A stretch of DNA of 64,000 bases from Nemertoderma westbladi (taxonomy: Eukaryota; Animalia; Xenacoelomorpha). The stretch is taken from assembly GCA_032718475.1 (NCBI GenBank), contig JAUCBJ010009109.1:1-64000 (forward strand). The letters run 5' to 3'. Positions within the stretch are counted from its first letter, which is position 1; the number at the start of each line of letters is the position of its first letter. This document shows, one piece after another, positions 1 through 13,300 of this stretch. The notes under the pieces were generated by a model. It was not told the origin of the DNA, made no database searches, and saw nothing but the letters and a program-made list of their open reading frames with translations. The position numbers and the translations under genes were made by a program.

Positions 1-982
1 GATTAAGTACTCGGCCAATCATTTTGTAAGCTAAACACAATAACCAAGCTGGCTTATTAGTCTGGCTCATTTCAATGCTGCCTCGCCTTTGAGTAGAGGC
101 GAGGTCTGGTTGGACTGGTTCCCCTTCCAAGCGCTAGGCATGCTTGTTATTGCAAGCATGCCAAGGAAGGAGTGAGCTAAAGCTGGAGACAGGGGCATTT
201 TAATAAGTTAATTACGTTTAGATCAATTAAATACACATTTCTTAAAGCAAATCTCTTGAACTAATTAAAAACTATAATGGGATGGGGTATGGAGAATACA
301 ATTGTATAATTTTTAAGTATAATTATTTAAATCTTATTCTAGAAAATAATTAATATCCTATACGACGCAGGTTGAAAATGCTGTTTTTACCCTAATCAAC
401 TTAATTAACTAATTAACTGCTATTATCTTAGCTTCTCAAAAGGCCACACCCAAATTCAACTTTGAAAAATTCTAAACTTTAGCCATACTACATGTGTACC
501 ATATCAACAGAACAACAGAACGACAGACACACCGATTGGGTTAGTGGTACCCGTATGCCAAGCTCGCTTACTTTCGTGGCTCGCCCCACAAGCAACATTC
601 ACAATGCCATAGCTCAGCGATTTCCCAACCAAATTCAAATGTTTTTAGATTTTTGGAATCCTGACACAATCAGCTTTCGATTGGTACCAACTATAAGGTC
701 GAAAATTTAAAGCAGTGTATTATGTGTAACTGGTGAAATTTGTAGAAAATAAGATATTTATAAAAAAAAAATGGGGGGAGGGGGGGGGGGGGTAGGTACC
801 TGAATAACGACACTATTCCAGGACATGGTGTAATTATCTATGAATGATATCTATGTCTAAAATAAAATAATGAAGCCATGTTGTATAGAGTGATAGAGGT
901 ACCAGGTATCAGGTTTACTTGGTATCAGATATCTATAATAACAGTATAAACTATAAAATAACTATAAAACTATAAATATAAA

Positions 983-3855
983 CCGAGGTACTTACCATTC
1001 AGTGCTACACGAACACCCCACACATCTACCGAGGTACTTACCATTCAGTGCTGCACGAACACCCCACACATCTACCGAGGTACTTACCATTCAGTGCTAC
1101 ACGAACACCCCACATGTCTACCGTGGTACTTACCATTCAGTGCTACACGAACACCCCACATGTCTACCGTGGTACTTACCATTCAGTGCTACACGAACAC
1201 CCCACATATCTACCGAGGTACTTACCATTCAGTGCTACACGAACACCCCACACGTCTACCGATGTACTTACCATTCAGTGCTACACGAACACCCCACATA
1301 TCTACCGAGGTACTTACCATTCAGTGCTACACGAACACCCCACATGTCTACCGTGGTACTTACCATTCAGTGCTACACGAACACCCCACATATCTACCGA
1401 GGTACTTACCATTCAGTGCTGCACGAACACCCCACACATCTACCGAGGTACTTACCATTCAGTGCTGCACGAACACCCCACATATCTACCGAGGTACTTA
1501 CCATTCAGTGCTACACGAACACCCCACATGTCTACCGTGGTACTTACCATTCAGTGCTACACGAACACCCCACATATCTACCGAGGTACTTACCATTCAG
1601 TGCTGCACGAACACCCCACACATCTACCGAGGTACTTACCATTCAGTTCTACACGAACACCCCACACGTCTACCGTGGTACTTACCATTCAGTGCTACAC
1701 GAACACCCCACACGTCTACCGTGGTACTTACCATTCAGTGCTACACGAACACCCCACATATCTACCGAGGTACTTACCATTCAGTGCTACACGAACACCC
1801 CACACGTCTACCGTGGTACTTACCATTCAGTGCTACACGAACACCCCACATATCTACCGAGGTACTTACCATTCAGTGCTACACGAACACCCCACATATC
1901 TACCGAGGTACTTACCATTCAGTGCTACACGAACACCCCACACGTCTACCGATGTACTTACCATTCAGTGCTACACGAACACCCCACATATCTATCGAGG
2001 TACTTACCATTCAGTGCTACACGAACACCCCACATGTCTACCGTGGTACTTACCATTCAGTGCTACACGAACACCCCACATATCTACCGAGGTACTTACC
2101 ATTCAGTGCTGCACGAACACCCCACACATCTACCGAGGTACTTACCATTCAGTGCTGCACGAACACCCCACACATCTACCGAGGTACTTACCATTCAGTT
2201 CTACACGAACACCCCACACGTCTACCGTGGTACTTACCATTCAGTGCTACACGAACACCCCACACGTCTACCGTGGTACTTACCATTCAGTGCTACACGA
2301 ACACCCCACATATCTACCGAGGTACTTACCATTCAGTGCTACACGAACACCCCACACGTCTACCGTGGTACTTACCATTCAGTGCTACACGAACACCCCA
2401 CATATCTACCGAGGTACTTACCATTCAGTGCTACACGAACACCCCACATATCTACCGAGGTACTTACCATTCAGTGCTACACGAACACCCCACACGTCTA
2501 CCGAGGTACTTACCATTCAGTGCTACACGAACACCCCACACGTCTACCGTGGTACTTACCATTCAGTGCTACACGAACACCCCACATATCTACCGAGGTA
2601 CTTACCATTCAGTGCTACACGAACACCCCACACGTCTACCGTGGTACTTACCATTCAGTGCTACACGAACACCCCACACGTCTACCGTGGTACTTACCAT
2701 TCAGTGCTACACGAACACCCCACATATCTACCGAGGTACTTACCATTCAGTGCTACACGAACACCCCACATATCTACCGAGGTACTTACCATTCAGTGCT
2801 ACACGAACACCCCACACGTCTACCGAGGTACTTACCATTCAGTGCTACACGAACACCTCACTCATCTACCGAGGTACTTACCATTCAGTGCTACACGAAC
2901 ACCCCACACGTCTACGGAGGTACTTACCATTCAGTGCTACACGAACACCTCACTCATCTACCGAGGTACTTACCATTCAGTGCTACACGAACACCCCACA
3001 CGTCTACGGAGGTACTTACCATTCAGTGCTACACGAACACCTCACTCATCTACCGAGGTACTTACCATTCAGTGCTACACGAACACCCCACATATCTACC
3101 GAGGTACTTACCATTCAGTGCTACACGAACACCGCACACGTCTACCGTGGTACTTACCATTCAGTGCTTCACGAACACCTCACACATCTACCGATGTACT
3201 TACCATTCAGTGCTACACGAACACCCCACACATCTACCGATGTACTTACCATTCAGTGCTACACGAACACCCCACATATCTACCGAGGTACTTACCATTC
3301 AGTGCTACACGAACACCCCACATATATACCGAGGTACTTACCATTCAGTGCTACACGAACACCCCACACGTCTACCGTGGTACTTACCATTCAGTGCTAC
3401 ACGAACACCCCACATGTCTACCGTGGTACTTACCATTCAGTGCTACACGAACACCCCACACATCTACCGATGTACTTACCATTCAGTGCTACACGAACAC
3501 CCCACACATCTACCGATGTACTTACCATTCAGTGCTACACGAACACCCCACACATCTACCGAGGTACTTACCGCTCAGTGCTACACGAACACCCCACACA
3601 TCTACCGAGGTACTTACCATTCAGTGCTACACGAACACCCCACATGTCTACCGTGGTACTTACCATTCAGTGCTTCACGAACACCTCACAAATCTACCGA
3701 GGTACTTACCATTCAGTGCTACACGAACACCCCACACCTCCAGCGAGGTACTTACCATTCAGTGCTACACGAACACCTCACATATCTACCGAGGTACTTA
3801 CCATTCAGTGCTTCACGAACACCTCACACATTTACCGAGGTACTTACCATTCAGT
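983..3855. repeat. 46-bp minisatellite array (~62 copies); unit on - strand contains ACTGAATG|GTAAGT splice-donor consensus
   Basis: Unit ccattcagtgctacacgaacaccccacacatctaccgaggtactta; ORF starts offset by 46 (1002/1048/1094). The variant 'attcagttct' recurs at a 552-bp spacing. Confidence 0.98.
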
Positions 3856-3967
3856 ACAGTATGAACCATTCTATATATAACTTTTTCATTATGTGGCCAA
3901 GAGTTTGTGTTGCTATGCAACTTTACATTAGCAATTAAGCAATTGGCATTATAAGCAAGAATTAATC
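3848..3967 (-). other. Putative 120-nt exon of an unidentified - strand transcript (LILAYNANCLIANVKLHSNTNSWPHNEKVIYRMVHTVLN)
   Basis: Acceptor-like tttattag| at 3968-3970, perfect donor AATG|gtaagt at 3847, open phase 1-1 frame. A possible next micro-exon lies at 800-837 (DNYTMSWNSVVIQ|gtacc). No recognisable homology and no upstream exon found. Confidence 0.4.
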
Positions 3968-4227
3968 CTAATAAATAATCAATAGGACTATAACACACAA
4001 TGACGTAACTAACTATATTACGATATATATAACTTAATTCATTGGCTAGGTATATGAAATATATTTAACACGTTATGATATTAAAACACAAACATCATTA
4101 GATTTTCATTAATGATTCAGCCATTGACCAACAGTAGGACTGCCTAATTTAAATTTAACTTTAATAATATAGAGACGTTATTTTCTTTTGGTTGTTTGAA
4201 TTCTCACATTCAACTTAAATATTAGAG

Positions 4228-4267
4228 ATGGGGAACATTCGAATAATATGTTTGATGTTTTATATCG
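4228..4267 (+). CDS. Exon 1 (signal peptide MGNIRIICLMFYIG) of Cys-rich single-pass TM protein with PPxY tail
   Basis: ATG...ATC G|gtaaga donor, phase 1; joins exon 2 in frame to give the signal-peptide-like MGNIRIICLMFYIGILSDSVLG/QSC. Confidence 0.7.
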
Positions 4268-4314
4268 GTAAGAAGGTTGCTATAAAATGAAATGTACCCT
4301 TTTGTAGCTTCTGT

Positions 4315-7300
4315 ACAAATCGCAGGTGGACACCACACTCAGCTGTTTTATCACAAATCGCAGGTGGACACCACACATACTAATGTACAGGTTTATCAGC
4401 TGATCGCAGGTGGACACCACACATACTAATGTACAGGTTTATCAGCTGATCGCAGGTGGACACCACACATACTAATGTACAGGTTAATCAGCTGATCGCA
4501 GGTGGACACCACACATACTAATGTACAGGTTTATCAGCTGATCGCAGGTGGACACCACACATACTAATGGACAGGTTTATCAGCTGATCGCAGGTGGACA
4601 CCACACATACTAATGTACAGGTTTATCAGCTGATCGCAGGTGGACACCACACATACTAATGTACAGGTTTATCAGCTGATCGCAGGTGGACACCACACAT
4701 ACTAATGGACAGGTTTATCAGCTGATCGCAGGTGGACACCACACATACTAATGTACAGGTTTATCAGCTGATCGCAGGTGGACACCACACATACTAATGT
4801 ACAGGTTTATCAGCTGATCGCAGGTGGACACCACACATACTAATGGACAGGTTTATCAGCTGATCGCAGGTGGACACCACACATACTAATGTACAGGTTT
4901 ATCAGCTGATCGCAGGTGGACACCACACATACTAATGTACAGGTTTATCAGCTGATCGCAGGTGGACACCACACATACTAATGGACAGGTTTATCAGCTG
5001 ATCGCAGGTGGACACCACACATACTAATGTACAGGTTTATCAGCTGATCGCAGGTGGACACCACACATACTAATGTACAGGTTTATCAGCTGATCGCAGG
5101 TGGACACCACACATACTAATGTACAGGTTTATCAGCTGATCGCAGGTGGACACCACACATACTAATGTACAGGTTTATCAGCTGTTTTATCACAAATCGC
5201 AGGTGGACACCACACATACTAATGTACAGGTTTATCAGCTGATCGCAGGTGGACACCACACATACTAATGTACAGGTTTATCAGCTGATCGCAGGTGGAC
5301 ACCACACATACTAATGGACAGGTTGATCAGCTGATCGCAGGTGGACACCACACATACTAATGTACAGGTTTATCAGCTGATCGCAGGTGGACACCACACA
5401 TACTAATGTACAGGTTTATCAGCTGATCGCAGGTGGACACCACACATACTAATGGACAGGTTTATCAGCTGTTTTATCACAAATCGCAGGTGGACACCAC
5501 ACATACTAATGTACAGGTTTATCAGCTGATCGCAGGTGGACACCACACATACTAATGTACAGGTTTATCAGCTGATCGCCGGTGGACACCACACATACTA
5601 ATGTACAGGTTTATCAGCTGTTTTATCACAAATCGCAGGTGGACACCACACATACTAATGGACAGGTTTATCAGCTGATCGCAGGTGGACACCACACATA
5701 CTATTGTACAGGTTTATCAGCTGATCGCAGGTGGACACCACACATACTAATGTACAGGTTTATCAGCTGTTTTATCACAAATCGCAGGTGGACACCACAC
5801 ATACTAATGGACAGGTTTATCAGCTGATCGCAGGTGGACACCACACATACTAATGTACAGGTTTATCAGCTGATCGCAGGTGGACACCACACATACTAAT
5901 GTACAGGTTTATCAGCTGATCGCAGGTGGACACCACACATACTAATGGACAGGTTTATCAGCTGATCGCAGGTGGACACCACACATACTAATGGACAGGT
6001 TTATCAGCTGATCGCAGGTGGACACCACACATACTAATGTACAGGTTTATCAGCTGATCGCAGGTGGACACCAGACATACTAATGTACAGGTTTATCAGC
6101 TGATCGCAGGTGGACACCACACATACTAATGGACAGGTTTATCAGCTGATCGCAGGTGGACACCACACATACTAATGTACAGGTTTATCAGCTGATCGCA
6201 GGTGGACACCACACATACTAATGTACAGGTTTATCAGCTGATCGCAGGTGGACACCACACATACTAATGTACAGGTTTATCAGCTGATCGCAGGTGGACA
6301 CCACACATACTAATGTACAGGTTTATCAGCTGATCGCAGGTGGACACCACACATACTAATGTACAGGTTTATCAGCTGATCGCAGGTGGACACCACACAT
6401 ACTAATGGACAGGTTGATCAGCTGATCGCAGGTGGACACCACACATACTAATGTACAGGTTTATCAGCTGATCGCAGGTGGACACCACACATACTAATGG
6501 ACAGGTTTATCAGCTGTTTTATCACAAATCGCAGGTGGACACCACACATACTAATGTACAGGTTTATCAGCTGATCGCAGGTGGACACCACACATACTAA
6601 TGGACAGGTTTATCAGCTGATCGCAGGTGGACACCACACATACTAATGTACAGGTTTATCAGCTGATCGCAGGTGGACACCACACATACTAATGGACAGG
6701 TTGATCAGCTGATCGCAGGTGGACACCACACATACTAATGTACAGGTTTATCAGCTGATCGCAGGTGGACACCACACATACTAATGGACAGGTTTATCAG
6801 CTGTTTTATCACAAATCGCAGGTGGACACCACACATACTAATGTACAGGTTTATCAGCTGATCGCAGGTGGACACCACACATACTAATGTACAGGTTTAT
6901 CAGCTGATCGCAGGTGGACACCACACATACTAATGTACAGGTTTATCAGCTGTTTTATCACAAATCGCAGGTGGACACCACACATACTAATGGATAGGTT
7001 TATCAGCTGATCGCAGGTGGACACCACACATACTAATGTACAGGTTTATCAGCTGATCGCAGGTGGACACCACACATACTAATGTACAGGTTTATCAGCT
7101 GATCGCAGGTGGACACCACACATACTAATGTACAGGTTTATCAGCTGATCGCAGGTGGACACCACACATACTAATGTACAGGTTTATCAGCTGATCGCAG
7201 GTGGACATCACACATACTAATGTACAGGTTTATCAGCTGATCGCAGGTGGACATCACACATACTAATGGACAGGTTTATCAGCTGATCGCAGGTGGACAC

Positions 7301-10300
7301 CACACATACTAATGGATAGGTTTATCAGCTGATCGCAGGTGGACACCACACATACTAATGTACAGGTTTATCAGCTGTTTTATCACAAATCGCAGGTGGA
7401 CACCACACATACTAATGGACAGGTTTATCAGCTGATCGCAGGTGGACACCACACATACTAATGTACAGGTTTATCAGCTGATCGCAGGTGGACACCACAC
7501 ATACTAATGTACAGGTTTATCAGCTGATCGCAGGTGGACACCACACATACTAATGGACAGGTTTATCAGCTGATCGCAGGTGGACACCACACATACTAAT
7601 GGACAGGTTTATCAGCTGATCGCAGGTGGACACCACACATACTAATGTACAGGTTTATCAGCTGATCGCAGGTGGACACCAGACATACTAATGTACAGGT
7701 TTATCAGCTGATCGCAGGTGGACACCACACATACTAATGGACAGGTTTATCAGCTGATCGCAGGTGGACACCACACATACTAATGTACAGGTTTATCAGC
7801 TGATCGCAGGTGGACACCACACATACTAATGTACAGGTTTATCAGCTGATCGCAGGTGGACACCACACATACTAATGTACAGGTTTATCAGCTGATCGCA
7901 GGTGGACACCACACATACTAATGTACAGGTTTATCAGCTGATCGCAGGTGGACACCACACATACTAATGTACAGGTTTATCAGCTGATCGCAGGTGGACA
8001 CCACACATACTAATGGACAGGTTGATCAGCTGATCGCAGGTGGACACCACACATACTAATGTACAGGTTTATCAGCTGATCGCAGGTGGACACCACACAT
8101 ACTAATGGACAGGTTTATCAGCTGTTTTATCACAAATCGCAGGTGGACACCACACATACTAATGTACAGGTTTATCAGCTGATCGCAGGTGGACACCACA
8201 CATACTAATGGACAGGTTTATCAGCTGATCGCAGGTGGACACCACACATACTAATGTACAGGTTTATCAGCTGATCGCAGGTGGACACCACACATACTAA
8301 TGTACAGGTTTATCAGCTGATCGCAGGTGGACACCACACATACTAATGGACAGGTTTATCAGCTGATCGCAGGTGGACACCACACATACTAATGTACAGG
8401 TTTATCAGCTGATCGCAGGTGGACACCACACATACTAATGGACAGGTTGATCAGCTGATCGCAGGTGGACACCACACATACTAATGTACAGGTTTATCAG
8501 CTGATCGCAGGTGGACACCACACATACTAATGGACAGGTTTATCAGCTGTTTTATCACAAATCGCAGGTGGACACCACACATACTAATGTACAGGTTTAT
8601 CAGCTGATCGCAGGTGGACACCACACATACTAATGTACAGGTTTATCAGCTGATCGCAGGTGGACACCACACATACTAATGTACAGGTTTATCAGCTGTT
8701 TTATCACAAATCGCAGGTGGACACCACACATACTAATGGACAGGTTTATCAGCTGATCGCAGGTGGACACCACACATACTAATGGACAGGTTTATCAGCT
8801 GATCGCAGGTGGACACCACACATACTAATGTACAGGTTTATCAGCTGATCGCAGGTGGACACCACACATACTAATGGATAGGTTTATCAGCTGATCGCAG
8901 GTGGACACCACACATACTAATGTACAGGTTTATCAGCTGATCGCAGGTGGACACCACACATACTAATGTACAGGTTTATCAGCTGATCGCAGGTGGACAC
9001 CACACATACTAATGTACAGGTTTATCAGCTGATCGCAGGTGGACACCACACATAATAATGTACAGGTTTATCAGCTGATCGCAGGTGGACATCACACATA
9101 CTAATGTACAGGTTTATCAGCTGATCGCAGGTGGACATCACACATACTAATGGACAGGTTTATCAGCTGATCGCAGGTGGACACCACACATACTAATGTA
9201 CAGGTTTATCAGCTGATCGCAGGTGGACACCACACATACTAATGTACAGGTTTATCAGCTGATCGCAGGTGGACACCACACATACTAATGTACAGGTTTA
9301 TCAGCTGATCGCAGGTGGACACCACACATACTAATGTACAGGTTTATCAGCTGATCGCAGGTGGACACCACACATACTAATGTACAGGTTTATCAGCTGA
9401 TCGCAGGTGGACACCACACATACTAATGTACAGGTTTATCAGCTGATCGCAGGTGGACACCACACATACTAATGTACAGGTTTATCAGCTGATCGCAAGT
9501 GGACACCACACATACTAATGTACAGGTTTATCAGCTGATCGCAGGTGGACACCACACATACTAATGTACAGGTTTATCAGCTGATCGCAGGTGGACACCA
9601 CACATACTAATGTACAGGTTTATCAGCTGATCGCAGGTGGACACCACACATACTAATGTACAGGTTTATCAGCTGATCGCAGGTGGACACCACACATACT
9701 AATGTACAGGTTTATCAGCTGATCGCAGGTGGACACCACACATACTAATGTACAGGTTTATCAGCTGATCGCAGGTGGACACCACACATACTAATGTACA
9801 GGTTTATCAGCTGATCGCAGGTGGACACCACACATACTAATGTACAGGTTTATCAGCTGTTTTATCACAAATCGCAGGTGGACACCGCACATACTAATGT
9901 ACAGGTTTATCAGCTGATCGCAGGTGGACACCACACATACTAATGTACAGGTTTATCAGCTGATCGCAGGTGGACACCACACATACTAATGTACAGGTTT
10001 ATCAGCTGATCGCAGGTGGACACCACACATACTAATGGACAGGTTTATCAGCTGTTTTATCACAAATCGCAGGTGGACACCACGCATACTAATGTACTGG
10101 TTTATCAGCTGATCGCAGGTGGACACCACACATACTAATGTACAGGTTTATCAGCTGATCGCAGGTGGACACCACACATACTAATGGACAGGTTTATCAG
10201 CTGTTTTATCACAAATCGCAGGTGGACACCAGACATACTAATGTACAGGTTTATCAGCTGATCGCAGGTGGACACCACACATACTAATGGACAGGTTTAT

Positions 10301-13300
10301 CAGCTGATCGCAGGTGGACACCACACATACTAATGTACAGGTTTATCAGCTGATCGCAGGTGGACACCACACATACTAATGTACAGGTTTATCAGCTGAT
10401 CGCAGGTGGACACCACACATACTAATGTACAGGTTTATCAGCTGATCGCAGGTGGACACCACACATACTAATGTACAGGTTTATCAGCTGATCGCAGGTG
10501 GACACCACACATACTAATGTACAGGTTTATCAGCTGATCGCAGGTGGACACCACACATACTAATGGACAGGTTGATCAGCTGATCGCAGGTGGACACCAC
10601 ACATACTAATGTACAGGTTTATCAGCTGATCGCAGGTGGACACCACACATACTAATGGACAGGTTTATCAGCTGTTTTATCACAAATCGCAGGTGGACAC
10701 CACACATACTAATGTACAGGTTTATCAGCTGATCGCAGGTGGACACCACACATACTAATGGACAGGTTTATCAGCTGATCGCAGGTGGACACCACACATA
10801 CTAATGTACAGGTTTATCAGCTGATCGCAGGTGGACACCACACATACTAATGTACAGGTTTATCAGCTGATCGCAGGTGGACACCACACATACTAATGGA
10901 CAGGTTTATCAGCTGATCGCAGGTGGACACCACACATACTAATGTACAGGTTTATCAGCTGATCGCAGGTGGACACCACACATACTAATGGACAGGTTGA
11001 TCAGCTGATCGCAGGTGGACACCACACATACTAATGTACAGGTTTATCAGCTGATCGCAGGTGGACACCACACATACTAATGGACAGGTTTATCAGCTGT
11101 TTTATCACAAATCGCAGGTGGACACCACACATACTAATGTACAGGTTTATCAGCTGATCGCAGGTGGACACCACACATACTAATGTACAGGTTTATCAGC
11201 TGATCGCAGGTGGACACCACACATACTAATGTACAGGTTTATCAGCTGTTTTATCACAAATCGCAGGTGGACACCACACATACTAATGGACAGGTTTATC
11301 AGCTGATCGCAGGTGGACACCACACATACTAATGGACAGGTTTATCAGCTGATCGCAGGTGGACACCACACATACTAATGTACAGGTTTATCAGCTGATC
11401 GCAGGTGGACACCACACATACTAATGGATAGGTTTATCAGCTGATCGCAGGTGGACACCACACATACTAATGTACAGGTTTATCAGCTGATCGCAGGTGG
11501 ACACCACACATACTAATGTACAGGTTTATCAGCTGATCGCAGGTGGACACCACACATACTAATGTACAGGTTTATCAGCTGATCGCAGGTGGACACCACA
11601 CATAATAATGTACAGGTTTATCAGCTGATCGCAGGTGGACATCACACATACTAATGTACAGGTTTATCAGCTGATCGCAGGTGGACATCACACATACTAA
11701 TGGACAGGTTTATCAGCTGATCGCAGGTGGACACCACACATACTAATGTACAGGTTTATCAGCTGATCGCAGGTGGACACCACACATACTAATGTACAGG
11801 TTTATCAGCTGATCGCAGGTGGACACCACACATACTAATGTACAGGTTTATCAGCTGATCGCAGGTGGACACCACACATACTAATGTACAGGTTTATCAG
11901 CTGATCGCAGGTGGACACCACACATACTAATGTACAGGTTTATCAGCTGATCGCAGGTGGACACCACACATACTAATGTACAGGTTTATCAGCTGATCGC
12001 AGGTGGACACCACACATACTAATGTACAGGTTTATCAGCTGATCGCAAGTGGACACCACACATACTAATGTACAGGTTTATCAGCTGATCGCAGGTGGAC
12101 ACCACACATACTAATGTACAGGTTTATCAGCTGATCGCAGGTGGACACCACACATACTAATGTACAGGTTTATCAGCTGATCGCAGGTGGACACCACACA
12201 TACTAATGTACAGGTTTATCAGCTGATCGCAGGTGGACACCACACATACTAATGTACAGGTTTATCAGCTGATCGCAGGTGGACACCACACATACTAATG
12301 TACAGGTTTATCAGCTGATCGCAGGTGGACACCACACATACTAATGTACAGGTTTATCAGCTGATCGCAGGTGGACACCACACATACTAATGTACAGGTT
12401 TATCAGCTGTTTTATCACAAATCGCAGGTGGACACCGCACATACTAATGTACAGGTTTATCAGCTGATCGCAGGTGGACACCACACATACTAATGTACAG
12501 GTTTATCAGCTGATCGCAGGTGGACACCACACATACTAATGTACAGGTTTATCAGCTGATCGCAGGTGGACACCACACATACTAATGGACAGGTTTATCA
12601 GCTGTTTTATCACAAATCGCAGGTGGACACCACGCATACTAATGTACTGGTTTATCAGCTGATCGCAGGTGGACACCACACATACTAATGTACAGGTTTA
12701 TCAGCTGATCGCAGGTGGACACCACACATACTAATGGACAGGTTTATCAGCTGTTTTATCACAAATCGCAGGTGGACACCACACATACTAATGTACAGGT
12801 TTATCAGCTGATCGCAGGTGGACACCACAGATACTAATGTACAGGTTTATCAGCTGATCGCAGGTGGACACCACACATACTAATGTACAGGTTTATCAGC
12901 TGATCGCAGGTGGACACCACACATACTAATGTACAGGTTTATCAGCTGATCGCAGGTGGACACCACACATACTAATGTACAGGTTTATCAGCTGATCGCA
13001 GGTGGACACCACACATACTAATGTACAGGTTTATCAGCTGATCGCAGGTGGACACCACACATACTAATGGACAGGTTTATCAGCTGATCGCAGGTGGACA
13101 CCACACATACTAATGGACAGGTTGATCAGCTGATCGCAGGTGGACACCACACATACTAATGTACAGGTTTATCAGCTGATCGCAGGTGGACACCACACAT
13201 ACTAATGGACAGGTTTATCAGCTGTTTTATCACAAATCGCAGGTGGACACCACACATACTAATGTACAGGTTTATCAGCTGATCGCAGGTGGACACCACA

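Noticed and set aside
430-720. 72-aa ORF or Helentron/MITE-like fragment
   Set aside because: No recognisable protein motif, and element termini cannot be defined from this window.
1002-3938. ~930-980-aa ORFs in all three + frames
   Set aside because: The stop-free 46-bp unit cycles through frames and gives the same peptide in each frame; repeat artefact.
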